Source: an uncultured Candidatus Rokubacteria bacterium (GTDB taxonomy: Bacteria; Methylomirabilota; Methylomirabilia; Rokubacteriales; DASRDR01). From it: a DNA stretch of 64,000 nt. The stretch lies in NCBI GenBank assembly GCA_963708025.1, contig CAVPSB010000025.1, positions 320,001 to 384,000 on the forward strand, in the 5' to 3' direction. Positions within the stretch are counted from its first letter, which is position 1. Each line of letters opens with the position of its first letter. The notes under the pieces were generated by a model, which saw only the letters and a program-made list of their open reading frames with translations, was not told the origin of the DNA and made no database searches. A program made the translations under genes and the position numbers. Of this stretch, positions 40,813 to 50,961 are shown piece after piece.

Positions 40813-41139
40813 GTGAGCGCGCCGGAACCCCCGCCGGGCGCGGCGGAGCGTCAGGTCACCGTGCGGGCTGCGCTCCGCGAGGCGCTGCGCGCGGGGCCGC
40901 TGACGGCGCGCGAGCTGTCGGGGCGGGTGGGCGTTCCCGAGAAGCAGGTCGCCGGGCACCTCGAGCACCTGGGACGCTCGCTGAGGGCCGCCGGGGAGCG
41001 GCTGCACGTCGAGGCCGCCCGCTGTCTCGACTGCGGGTTCGTCTTCCGCAAGCGCGACCGGCTGAGCCGGCCGTCGCGGTGCCCGGTCTGTCGCAGCGAG
41101 CACCTGGACGCGCCACGCTTCGCGATCCTCGACGCGTAG
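40813..41139 (+). CDS. HTH plus Zn-ribbon predicted transcriptional regulator
   Basis: TARELS..HLEH, CLDC...CPVC. Confidence 0.75.
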   Translation: MSAPEPPPGAAERQVTVRAALREALRAGPLTARELSGRVGVPEKQVAGHLEHLGRSLRAAGERLHVEAARCLDCGFVFRKRDRLSRPSRCPVCRSEHLDAPRFAILDA

Positions 41140-41149
41140 GGCGCTTGGC

Positions 41150-42043
41150 GTGACCCGGCGCCGCCTGTCCGAGCCCTCCTTCGCGTTCCTGCTCAACGCC
41201 CCGGCCCTGCTGGCGATCCTCGCCCTCGTCGGCTACCCGATCGTCTACTCCTTCTGGCTGAGCCTGCACCGCTACAACCTGAAGCGGCCGGGCCTCTTCC
41301 GCTTCATCGGCGTCGAGAACTACCTCACGATCCTCCGGTCCGAGGAGTTCTGGGCCGCCCTCCAGGTCACGCTCGTGTTCACGGCTCTCGCGGTGGCGCT
41401 GGTGGTGGCGCTCGGCATCCTCATCGCCCTTCTCCTGAACGAGCCGTTCCCGGGCCGCGGCCTGGTGCGGACGGTCGTCCTCGTCCCGTGGGCGATCCCC
41501 CCGGTCGTCAACGGACTCATGTGGCAGTGGATCTACGACGCCAAGGTGGGGGCCCTGAACGGCCTCCTGGTGAGCCTTCACCTGATGCCCGGCTACCGGG
41601 GCTGGCTGTCCAGCCCCACCGACGCGCTGCTGGCGCTGGTGACGGCGCACGTCTGGAACGCGCTGCCGCTCGCGGTCATCCTCCTCCTGGCCGCGCTCCA
41701 GGCCATCCCGGGTGAGCTGTACGACGCCGGCCGCGTGGACGGCTCGGGGCCCTGGCAGCTCTTCCGCCACGTGACGGTCCCCTGGCTGGCCCAGCCCCTC
41801 CTGGTCGTGCTCATCCTCCAGACGATGCTCGCGATCCGCGTCTTCGACGTGATCTACGTGCTGACGGCCGGCGGTCCGGGCACCGCGACGACCACGCTCG
41901 TCTGGCTGACGTACCTGACCACCTTCGACAGCCTTGACTTCGGGCTGGGCAACGCCTATGCGTATACCGTCAGCCTGATCACCCTCGGGCTGGCCCTGGT
42001 CTACTTCCACCTGCTCTACCGACGGGGAGAATTCGAGGCATGA
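41150..42043 (+). CDS. Carbohydrate ABC permease
   Basis: PWAIP, ELYDAGRVDG (EAA loop), FD.IY.LT.GGP. Confidence 0.9.
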   Translation: MTRRRLSEPSFAFLLNAPALLAILALVGYPIVYSFWLSLHRYNLKRPGLFRFIGVENYLTILRSEEFWAALQVTLVFTALAVALVVALGILIALLLNEPFPGRGLVRTVVLVPWAIPPVVNGLMWQWIYDAKVGALNGLLVSLHLMPGYRGWLSSPTDALLALVTAHVWNALPLAVILLLAALQAIPGELYDAGRVDGSGPWQLFRHVTVPWLAQPLLVVLILQTMLAIRVFDVIYVLTAGGPGTATTTLVWLTYLTTFDSLDFGLGNAYAYTVSLITLGLALVYFHLLYRRGEFEA

Positions 42044-42915
42044 CGACGACCCGGCGACGCCGCCGGCGGACGGCGCTCCTCACGCTGGCCGGCGTGGTCG
42101 TGGCCGCGATCTTCCTCGCCCCGTTCTCGTGGCTCGTCCTGACCAGCTTCATGCGCGAGCAGGAGGCGCTGTCGGTGCCGCCCCACTGGGTACCGGACCG
42201 GCCGACGCTGGCCAACTACCGGACCTTCGTCAACCCGAGCGGGACCCGGGGCATCGTCGGCAGCCGCGCCGCCGAGAACACGGTGCCGGGCATCGCCAAC
42301 TCGCTCGTCGCCGCCACCGGCACCGCCGTCCTGAACCTCGCGCTCGGCGTCCTGGCCGGCTACAGCTTCGCGCGGCTGCGCTTCCGGGGTCGGACGGCGC
42401 TGCTGTTCCTCTACCTCGGCTCGCGCATGGTGCCCGGGATCGCGCTGATCGTGCCCCTGTACCTCGTCGTCCAGAAGCTTCGCTTGCTGGACAGCCTCCT
42501 GGCCCTCGTCGTCACGTACCTGACCTTCACGCTCCCGTTCACGATCTGGCTCCTCAAGAGCTACTTCCAGGGCATTCCCCGCGAGCTGGAGGAAGCCGCG
42601 CTCGTCAACGGGTGTGGCTGGGCGAAGATGGTGGCGCGGGTGCTGCTCCCGGCCGCCGCTCCGGGCCTCGTCGCCGCCGCGATGTTCGCTTTCATGACGG
42701 CGTGGAACGACTACCTCTTCGCCGTGATCCTGACCTCGAGCATGGCCGCCAAGACGGCGCCGGTCGTGGTCGCCGGCTTCGCCACGGACGTCACCACCGA
42801 GCGCACCCTCATGGCGGCCGGTGGTGTGCTCGCCGTCATCCCGCCTCTGGTCCTCGCGTTCGTCTTCCAGCGGCTCATCGTCCAGGGTCTCGTGTCGGGC
42901 GCGGTCAAAGGCTGA
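42040..42915 (+). CDS. Carbohydrate ABC permease
   Basis: ELEEAALVNG, AWNDYL, GAVKG. Confidence 0.9.
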   Translation: MTTTRRRRRRTALLTLAGVVVAAIFLAPFSWLVLTSFMREQEALSVPPHWVPDRPTLANYRTFVNPSGTRGIVGSRAAENTVPGIANSLVAATGTAVLNLALGVLAGYSFARLRFRGRTALLFLYLGSRMVPGIALIVPLYLVVQKLRLLDSLLALVVTYLTFTLPFTIWLLKSYFQGIPRELEEAALVNGCGWAKMVARVLLPAAAPGLVAAAMFAFMTAWNDYLFAVILTSSMAAKTAPVVVAGFATDVTTERTLMAAGGVLAVIPPLVLAFVFQRLIVQGLVSGAVKG

Positions 42916-42940
42916 GCCGCGCCGGAAAGGAGCACACACG

Positions 42941-44273
42941 ATGCACGACACCGACGCTCGCCCCCGGATCTCGCGCCGACGCTTCCTCACTACCGCCGCC
43001 GGCGTCGCGCTGGCGGCGGGCCGGCTGGCCCAGCCGGTCGAACGCCGCGCCGGCGACCGTGCGGTTCTCCGGCTGGGCGTTCGAGCCCCAGGTCGTCGAG
43101 GCCAACGTCAAGCGGTTCATGGAGCAGTACCCCGACGTCAAGGTAGAGTACACGCCGCTCGACCTCCAGCTCTACAACGAGAAGATGGTGGCCCTGTTCA
43201 ACGCCGGCACCCAGCCCGACGCCTACTACGTCCGCGACATCAACCTGGGCGCCTGGGTGGAGGCCGGCTGGGTCCAGCCGATCGACGGGCTCCCCGGGCT
43301 GGCCGAGCTGGACCGGGACATCTTCCCCTTCAACCTGGAGGCGCTCAAGTACAAGGGCAAGCAGTACGGCACCCCGTACTACGGGGACATCTACGTCTAC
43401 ATGTACGACCGCAAGACCGCGCAGAAGGCCGGCGTGGACAAGGCGCCGGTCACGCTCGACGCGCTCAAGCAGGCGGCGCTGGCGGTCAAGAAGGCGGGGC
43501 TGGCCGACTACCCGATCGTCAAGGGGTTCAAGACGAACGTGGACGGCCTCAGCGAGTTCTGGTCGATGGTCTTCGCCTCGGGCGGCAACCTCTTCGACGA
43601 GACGCTGGAGCCGCTCTACCCGGACAAGGACAAGACGGCGCTCGGCGTGCTCGAGTGGCTCGTCCAGGCCGTCCACGACTGGAAGATCCTGGATCCGAAG
43701 GGGCTCGAGCTGGACGAGACGCAGGCGCGCGACGTCTTCATCAGCGGGCAGGGCGTCTTCACCTCCAACGTCGGCAACGTGCTCCCGCGGTCGAACAACC
43801 CGAAGTTCAGCAAGCGGGCCGGCGACATCGCCCCCACGCGCTTCCCGGGCCTGGCCGACGCCGGCAAGGGGCCCATGGGCTGGACACGGCTATACTGCAT
43901 CGACGCCAAGACCAAGGCGAAGGATGCCGCCTGGCGCCTCATCGCCTACATGGGCGGCAAGGACAAGAACGGCGAGTACTACAGCGCCAAGGACTGGTAC
44001 GCCAAGTATGGCGTCGGCTACGCGTTCATGTCGCTGGACAAGGATCCCGACATGATCCGGGTCCACAAGGAAGCCGGCTGGGACCTCGACGTGCGGAGCC
44101 AGCAGTATGCCACGGCCCGCGCCCGGACGAACATCAAGGCGCCCTGGTACAACGAGTGGGACCGCTTCACTCAGCAGCAGGTCCAGAACGCGCTGATCAA
44201 GAAGGCCAGCCCGCGCGACGCCCTCACGGCGTCGGCGAACAAGGCGCGCGAGCTCAAGAAGCAGTGGAGCTAG
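42941..44273 (+). CDS. Extracellular solute-binding protein (family 1), Tat signal; frameshift near 43045
   Basis: SRRRFL Tat motif after SD; mature part continues in another frame (YGTPYY...). Confidence 0.8.
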
Positions 44274-44389
44274 TGTCGGGGGGTCTCGGACCCCCCCCGG
44301 AGTGCCAGAGGGTGGCGCGATGCCGGCGGACGGGGCATGAGAGTGCTGGCATTGGTGCACAGATCCGCGTGAGCGTGAAGGAGTGACGT

Positions 44390-44458
44390 CCTCCGGCTCC
44401 CCCCTCCCCCGGTGGGGTGGGGGAGGGGGGCTGGGGGGGTAGGAGGGAGGTCCCAAAT
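44390..44458 (+). repeat. G/C-tract dispersed repeat overlapping hydrolase 5' end
   Basis: Near-identical to 36268-36336. Confidence 0.85.
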
Positions 44459-45209
44459 ATACTGTCTGGAGCGGGCGGGGGCGGAGCCGGCCGTGGTCTG
44501 TGTCCACGGATACTGCCAGTCCTCCGCCTACTGGGCGCCGACGCTCGAGCGGCTCGGGGCGGCGGGCATCCGGGGCCTCGCCCCCGATCTTCCGGGGTTC
44601 GGGGCCTCGGCCGGGCTCCCCGGGCCGTACACGATGGAGGCGTATGCCGATGGCGTCGCCGCGCTCCTCGACGCCCGCGGGCTGGCGCGAGTCGCCCTGG
44701 TCGGCGGGTCGATGGGTGGGGTGGTGGCCCAGCACCTGGCGCTGCGTCACCCCGCCCGCCTGACCCGGCTCCTGCTCGTCGCCACCGGTCCGTTCACCGT
44801 CGACCCCGCGGCTGCCCTCGCCCGGGCGGCCGCGATCGCCGCCGTCCCCTGGACCGAGGAGGCGGTCCAGCCGATCGTCGCGGGCTTCTTCCGGGAGCCG
44901 CCCCCGCCGGCCGAGCTCGATCGGTATCGGAAGATCGCCCACGGGGCGTCCCATCAGGCCGCCGTCGAGGCGGCGCGATCCAACGGCGGCTCGCGGACGC
45001 TGGAGCGCCTCGGCGAGATCGCGGTGCCGACGCTCATCATCCAGGGCCGCCACGACCGCGCCCGCACCCCCGAGCACGGCGCCCTCATGCGCGACCGCAT
45101 CCCCGGGGCGCGCCTCGAGGTGCTCGAGCGCGCCGGCCACACCCCTCAGCTCGAGGAGCCGGAGGCCTTCCACACCCTCGCGCTCCCGTTCCTCCTGGCC
45201 CGCTCGTAA
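44412..45209 (+). CDS. Alpha/beta hydrolase (start uncertain)
   Basis: VHG, DLPGFG, GGSMGG, GH..QLE.P. Confidence 0.85.
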   Translation: MGWGRGAGGVGGRSQIYCLERAGAEPAVVCVHGYCQSSAYWAPTLERLGAAGIRGLAPDLPGFGASAGLPGPYTMEAYADGVAALLDARGLARVALVGGSMGGVVAQHLALRHPARLTRLLLVATGPFTVDPAAALARAAAIAAVPWTEEAVQPIVAGFFREPPPPAELDRYRKIAHGASHQAAVEAARSNGGSRTLERLGEIAVPTLIIQGRHDRARTPEHGALMRDRIPGARLEVLERAGHTPQLEEPEAFHTLALPFLLARS

Positions 45210-45244
45210 CGGCGTGAGCGATCCGATCCTGTTCGTGGTGGGAT

Positions 45245-46213
45245 CTAGCGGCGGAGCGCCTCGATCAACGGCGCGAAGCGCTCGAGCCCGCGGAGGCCCG
45301 GCGGGTCGACCACGTTGCAGGTGAGGTGCTCGACCCCCGCCGCCGCGAAGCCCCGGAGATTGGCCAGGATCTCCTCGGCCGAGCCGCGGCGGACGTTCAT
45401 CCGCATGCCGCCGAACTCGTACTCGGCGACGCCCCCGGCGCCGTCCCCGAAGGCGATCCGGGTCCCCGCGCCCCGTGCCATCGTCTTCGGATCCCGGCCG
45501 ACCTCGCGGCAGGCCGCGTCGAGCGCGGCGAACTTCGCCCCGAGGGGCTCGGCGCTCATCTGGTAGTCCCCGTCGTAGCGGTCGGCCCAGCGGGCGACCA
45601 GTCGCAGCATGCGGGGCCCCTGGGCCCCGATGACGATCGGCGGCCCGGCCCGCCGGGGCCCCCGGGGCTGGAGCTCGCAGTCCCGCGCCTGGTAGTAGCG
45701 GCCCTGGAAGTCCACCCGGCCCTCGCGGAGCAGCGGCACGATGACCTGGAGTGCCTCCTCGAACCGGCTGACGCGATGATCGTACGGGTAGCCGAAGGCC
45801 GTGTACTCCGGCTGGTGCCAGCCGGCGCCGAGGGCCAGGATGAGGCGACCGTCGCTCACCTCGTCGAGCGTGTCGGCCATCTTGGCCAGGAGCGCCGGGT
45901 TGCGGAAGCTGGAACAGGCGACCAGCGGCCCGAGGTGGATCCGGCTCGTCGCCTCGGCCACCCCGCTCAGGATCGTCCACCCCTCCCAGACGCCCCGGGT
46001 CTTCCCCTCCGGCATGTTGACCATCATCGTGTCGCCCGGCGGCGACTTCCGGAACAGCAGGTGGTCGGGGGCCATGAGGCTGTCGAACCCGACGGCCTCG
46101 GCCATCCGGGCGATCTCGCGGATCTGCGCCCAGCGGACCGGCTGACCATCGCCGAGGGCACCGACCCCGAGGGGCAGCGTCAGACCCAGTCTCATGCGCG
46201 TCGTCTCGGGCAT
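45245..46213 (-). CDS. LLM-class flavin-dependent oxidoreductase
   Basis: GFDS...DH, RNPALLAKMA.TLD..S.GR, GAGW...E. Confidence 0.9.
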   Translation of the reverse strand: MPETTRMRLGLTLPLGVGALGDGQPVRWAQIREIARMAEAVGFDSLMAPDHLLFRKSPPGDTMMVNMPEGKTRGVWEGWTILSGVAEATSRIHLGPLVACSSFRNPALLAKMADTLDEVSDGRLILALGAGWHQPEYTAFGYPYDHRVSRFEEALQVIVPLLREGRVDFQGRYYQARDCELQPRGPRRAGPPIVIGAQGPRMLRLVARWADRYDGDYQMSAEPLGAKFAALDAACREVGRDPKTMARGAGTRIAFGDGAGGVAEYEFGGMRMNVRRGSAEEILANLRGFAAAGVEHLTCNVVDPPGLRGLERFAPLIEALRR

Positions 46214-46235
46214 CTCCGGTCTCCTCTCTCCGTGG

Positions 46236-46893
46236 TCATGCCCTCCGCTTCGCGGAGGGCGCCTCGAGTGCCCGGCCCAGCCGGGACACGCCGTCCTCGA
46301 TCTCGCGCTCGGTGAAGCCCGCGTAGCCGAGCACGAGGCCACCCCGGCCGCCCGCGCGGATGCGGAAGGCCGAGAGCGGCGCGGCTTCCACGCCGTGCTC
46401 GGCGGCGGCGCGGGAGGCCGCCCGGTCGTCCACCCCCGGCGGCAGCCAGCCGAGGACGTGGAGCCCCGCGGCCGCCGGGGCCACCTCCAGCCGTCCGGCC
46501 AGGGTGCGGCGGGCCGCCTCCAGCAGCGCCGCCTGGCGCTCCGCGTACAGCGCGCGCGTCCGGCGGATGTGGCGCGCGAAGTGACCCTCGGTGATGAAGT
46601 CGGCCAGCACCGCCTGGTTCACCGAGGGGGGATGCCGGTCCGAGTGGAACCGGGCGGCGACCACGGCGTCCACGAGGTCCGGTGGGGCGACGCAGTACGC
46701 GAGCCGGAGCCCGGGGGAGAAGACCTTGCTGATCCGCCGCGAGCGCGCGCGTCGAGGGGAGCCGCGCCCCGGGCCGGAGCCGCCCGGTCAGGATGGCCTC
46801 GCGGATTCCCTCGTAGAGCTGGCGGTAGCGCGGCACCCGCGATCCGGGGTCGATGCCCAGCGCCAGCAGCGACACCGGCACCGGCCGCTTCAC
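46236..46893 (-). pseudogene. MocR/GabR-family regulator with large internal deletion
   Basis: GntR HTH start (YRQLYE.IR..I..G.L.PG.RLPSTR.LA) joined near 46730 to the C-terminal SKVFSPGLR part of the PLP domain in another frame. Confidence 0.8.
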
Positions 46894-46991
46894 GAACGCA
46901 TCCTCCCTTCCGCCCGCGGCGTCGAAGCGGCTCCATTCGTCGGGCAGGCCTACTTCCTGCCCTGCCAGTACTGCCTGATCCTGAAGGCTGG

Positions 46992-48125
46992 TTAGGCCTG
47001 GATGGCGGCGTGCACCAGGTTGCTGATGGTGTCGAGCCGCGTCGAGTGCCACGGGTCGGCCAGCCGGCCGTTGGTCAGGTACGCGAAGGACACGCCGGAG
47101 TCGGGGTCCGCCCAGCAATAGGACGAGCCCACCCCCCCGTGGCCGAAGGCGCGCGGCGAGGCCAGGGCGCCCAGGCCGCGGATGCTCTCGGTGGTGCCGC
47201 GCGAGTGCGGCCCCAGCCCCCGGTGCATGGGCATGCCCATGTAGCCGTCCACCCGGTCGCCGGTGAAGTTGCGGGTGACGTACTGGATGGTGCGGGGCGA
47301 GAGCAGGCGCGTGCCGCCGAGCGTGCCGCCGGCGAGCAGCATCTGGTAGAACGCCGCCATCGCCCGGGCGGTGGCGTAGCCCCCGCCGCCGGGCGTGCCG
47401 GCCCGGCGGAAGGACGCATGGTTCTCGTCGGCGCGCTTGACCTGGCGAGCCCCGTCGGCGGACGGCTCGTGCATGTCCACCGCGCGGGCGTGCTCGGCGT
47501 CGGGCAGCCCCACGAAGAGCTCGCGCTCCAGGCCGAGCGGCTCGACGATGGTCTCGCGGATGAAGGCCCGGTAGTCCGTCTTGGTGAGGGCCTCGACGAT
47601 GACGGCCGCCGTCCAGTGGGCGGCCCGGCCGTGGTAGTAGACGCGCGAGCCCGGCGTCCACTCCAGCGTGAAGCCGCACACCGTCCGGCGAAGGAGGTCG
47701 TGGTCTTCCCAGGCGGCGGCCGGGACGTCGGCGCTGGGGAAGCCGCCCTGGTGGGTCAGGAGCTGGATCACCGTGATGTCGCCCTTGCCGTTGGCCTCGA
47801 AGCCCGGCACGTGCTCGGCCACCCGGTCGGTGAACCGCAGGGCGCCGCGCTCGGCCAGGAGCCACAGGGCGCACGCGGTGATGACCTTGGTGTTCGAGTA
47901 GAGGAGCCAGAGCGTCTCGTCGCGGGCGGCCACCCGCGCCGGGTCCAGGCGCGCGTCGCCGAAGGTCCGGACCAGGGCGAGCTGGCCGTGGCGGGCCACG
48001 GCGATCTGGGCGCCGGGGTAACGGCCCTCGGCGAGATGGCGCGTGATCGTCTCGGTGAGCCGATCGAGGGCCTGGGGATCGAGGCCGAGGGACGCGGCGT
48101 CGGCAACGGGCAACGGGAAGCTCAT
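46992..48125 (-). CDS. Serine hydrolase, beta-lactamase family
   Basis: YSNTK (SxxK), LLTHQGG, YH, FGHGG. Confidence 0.9.
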   Translation of the reverse strand: MSFPLPVADAASLGLDPQALDRLTETITRHLAEGRYPGAQIAVARHGQLALVRTFGDARLDPARVAARDETLWLLYSNTKVITACALWLLAERGALRFTDRVAEHVPGFEANGKGDITVIQLLTHQGGFPSADVPAAAWEDHDLLRRTVCGFTLEWTPGSRVYYHGRAAHWTAAVIVEALTKTDYRAFIRETIVEPLGLERELFVGLPDAEHARAVDMHEPSADGARQVKRADENHASFRRAGTPGGGGYATARAMAAFYQMLLAGGTLGGTRLLSPRTIQYVTRNFTGDRVDGYMGMPMHRGLGPHSRGTTESIRGLGALASPRAFGHGGVGSSYCWADPDSGVSFAYLTNGRLADPWHSTRLDTISNLVHAAIQA

Positions 48126-48143
48126 GACATCCTCCATGGGTGA

Positions 48144-49352
48144 TCAGTACGCGGGACGCGGCGCCGTGCGGGTCCGGAGCTGGACGACCGTGAAGGCGCA
48201 GAGGACGAGGACGCTCGCGATGGCGACGAAGATCGCCCGCGGCTCGCCGTGGTCGAGGAGCCAGCCGAACAGGAGCGGCCCGGTGGACGAGCCGACGTCG
48301 AGGCCCGAGTAGACGAAGCCGAAGACCCGCCCGGAGGCGCCGCGGGGCGTCGCGGCCCGGACCAGCATGTCCCGGGACGGCGACGTCACGCCGACGCTGA
48401 AGCCGGCCAGAGCGATGGCGGCGATCAGCACCGGGACGAGGAGGGCGCCCGACGCGGGCGCGAGCATCAGGGCCGCGCCCGCCGACACCCCGACGATCGT
48501 GACCAGGTCGTGGCGCGAGGTCAACTCGGCCAGGCGGCCGCCCACCAGGGTCCCGGCGCCGGTCGCCAGCAGGAAGGCGGTGAGGGTACCGGTGGCCACC
48601 GACAGCGGCGCGTCGTAGATCGCCACGATGGCGCTCACCATGAAGCTCTGGACGCCGACGAAGGCGAAGGCGGTCAGCGCGAAGTAGGCCAAGCAGGCGA
48701 GGATCGCCGGGGAGCCGAAGAGATGGAGGCTTCCCGCCAGGCCGTCGCGGGCCGGCGCCGCTGCCTTCGGCGCGCGTCCCTCGCCGCGCAGGACCGCCTG
48801 TCGGGCCAGGACGAGGACGACGCCGAGGCCGAGCACCCCGACCACCCCGAGCGCCGTGCGCCAGCCCCAGACGGAGGCAAGCGGGAGCACGACGACCGGC
48901 GCCACCGCCCAGCCGACGCTCCCACCCACGGAGTGAATGCTGTAGGCGCGCCCCAGGCGGGCGTCGCTGACCCGTGCGGTCAGGATGGCGTAGTCCGCCG
49001 GGTGGAACACGCTGTTGCCCAGCCCGGCCAGCGCGGCGAGCGGCAAGAGCGCCCAGTACGTCGGGGCCTGCCCCGCCAGCCCGACGGACGTGGCCAGGAG
49101 CGCCAGCCCCGCCAGCAGGACGCGCCGCGCCCCGAAGCGGTCGACGAGGAAGCCGGCCGGCGTCTGGGCCAGCCCCGACGCGCCGTAGAAGACCGTCAGC
49201 ACGAGGCCCAGGGCCGCGTAGCCGACGCCGAACTCGGCCTTGATGAGCGGGAAGAGCGGCGCCAGCGAGAGCTGGAAGAAGTGGCTGAAGAAGTGCGCCA
49301 TGCCGACGAGCGTGATCACCGCCACGTCGTGGCGCCCGGGCTCGGGCTTCAC
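48144..49352 (-). CDS. MFS transporter
   Basis: Multiple hydrophobic segments, G.LVDRFGARR motif, GNSVFHP. Confidence 0.9.
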   Translation of the reverse strand: MKPEPGRHDVAVITLVGMAHFFSHFFQLSLAPLFPLIKAEFGVGYAALGLVLTVFYGASGLAQTPAGFLVDRFGARRVLLAGLALLATSVGLAGQAPTYWALLPLAALAGLGNSVFHPADYAILTARVSDARLGRAYSIHSVGGSVGWAVAPVVVLPLASVWGWRTALGVVGVLGLGVVLVLARQAVLRGEGRAPKAAAPARDGLAGSLHLFGSPAILACLAYFALTAFAFVGVQSFMVSAIVAIYDAPLSVATGTLTAFLLATGAGTLVGGRLAELTSRHDLVTIVGVSAGAALMLAPASGALLVPVLIAAIALAGFSVGVTSPSRDMLVRAATPRGASGRVFGFVYSGLDVGSSTGPLLFGWLLDHGEPRAIFVAIASVLVLCAFTVVQLRTRTAPRPAY

Positions 49353-49365
49353 GGCTCGCGCTCCG

Positions 49366-50789
49366 CTAGTCGAGAGGGGGCCGGGCGGCCGCCCAGGGCT
49401 GGAGCGCCTCGAAGGCGGCGGCGGCGCGGAAGACGTCGGTCTCCCGGTGCCAGCGTCCGACGATCTGGAGCCCGACCGGCAGCCGCTCCCGGGTGAAGCC
49501 GCACGGCACGTTGGCCGCGGGCTGGCCGGTCAGGTTGAACGGATACATGAAGGGCACGCGGTCGAAGATCGAGTGGGCCGGCTTGCCACCGAGGTCGGCG
49601 AGCCCCTCGAAGGGACCGGGGTCGGCCGGCCAGGCGGCCACGGGCATCTGGGGCGTCAGCAGGAGGTCGTAGCGCTCGAAGGTGGCGCGGACGCGCTCGG
49701 CGAAGGCCGTGCGGGCCAGGAGCGCCTGCACGTACTCGATCCCGGTGATCTTGGCCGCGTCCAGGATCATCCGCATGAGCGTCGGCTCGAACCAGTCCGG
49801 CCGGGCCAGGGCCCGCTCGTGGTTCCGGGCCGCGACGTGGGTTCCGTAGATGATCTTGTGGAACTCGTACGGGTGGCCCCAGTCGATCTTCGCCTCCTCG
49901 ACCTCGCCGCCGAGGTCGGCGAAGCGGCGGGCGGCCGCCCCGCGATCTCGCCCACCTCGGGATCGACGGCGGCGAAGCCGAGGTCCCGGCTCCAGCCGAT
50001 CCTGAGCCCCGCGAGATCGCCTTCGCAGGCCGCCAGGTAGTCGGCCGGCGGCGCGTCGATCGAGAGCGGATCGCGCGGGTCGGGGCCGGCCAGCACCTGC
50101 AGCAGCAGCGCGCCGTCCCGTACCGTGCGCGTCATCGGCCCGTTGTGGGACCGGGTGTTCCAGAGATCCTGGCTCGGCCAGTACGGCACGCGGCCCAGCG
50201 ACGGCTTCATCCCGAAGATGCCGCAGAGGGCGGAGGGGATCCGGATCGAGCCCGAGCCGTCCGAGCCGTGGGCGAGCGGCCCGAGCCCGGCGGCGACCGC
50301 CGCGCCGGCCCCGCCCGAAGAGGCGCCGGAGGTGCAGGCGAGGTTCCAGGGGTTCTTGCAGGGCGGCCCCAGCAGGTTGTCGCACATGTCCTTGTAGCCG
50401 AAGTGCGGCGTGTTCGTCTTGCCGAGGAGCACCCCGCCGCTGGCCCGGAGCCGCGCGGCGACCGCGCCGTCCTCGGTGGGGACGTTCTGCTCGAAGAACT
50501 TCGAGCCGTAGGTGGTGCGGATGCCGGCGGTGGGCTCGAGGTCCTTGATCGAGTACGGGATGCCGTCCAGGGGGCCGCGAAGATCGCCCTTCAGGGCGCG
50601 AGCCTCGGCGGCCTTGGCCAGCTCGCGGGCGTGGTCGGCGGTCACGGTGAGGTAGGCGTTCAGCTTCGGGTTCAGCCGCTCGATCCGCGCCAGCACGGCG
50701 TCGGCCAGCTCGACGGGCGAGAGCGTCTTCGCCCGGATCAGCCGGCCCAGCTCGGTCGCCGGCGTGTAGCAGAGGTCGGTCGCGTTCAT
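49366..50789 (-). CDS. Amidase signature enzyme; frameshift near 49940
   Basis: IKD, GKTN, GASSGG, GSDGSGSIRIP, PFNLTGQP, LPVGLQ. Confidence 0.9.
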
Positions 50790-50961
50790 CGGGCCTCCCG
50801 GTTGGATTGATGATCGGCTCGGCTCGGACTGCCGTACCAGGGTAGGGCCGGCCGCCGGCCTTGTCCAGCGCCCGGTGACCGCCGCGCCGGCGGAGGTGCT
50901 ATGCTCGGGGCCACCGGCGGCGCCGCCGGACATCCACCATCACGCAGGCGGGGAGCGACGA

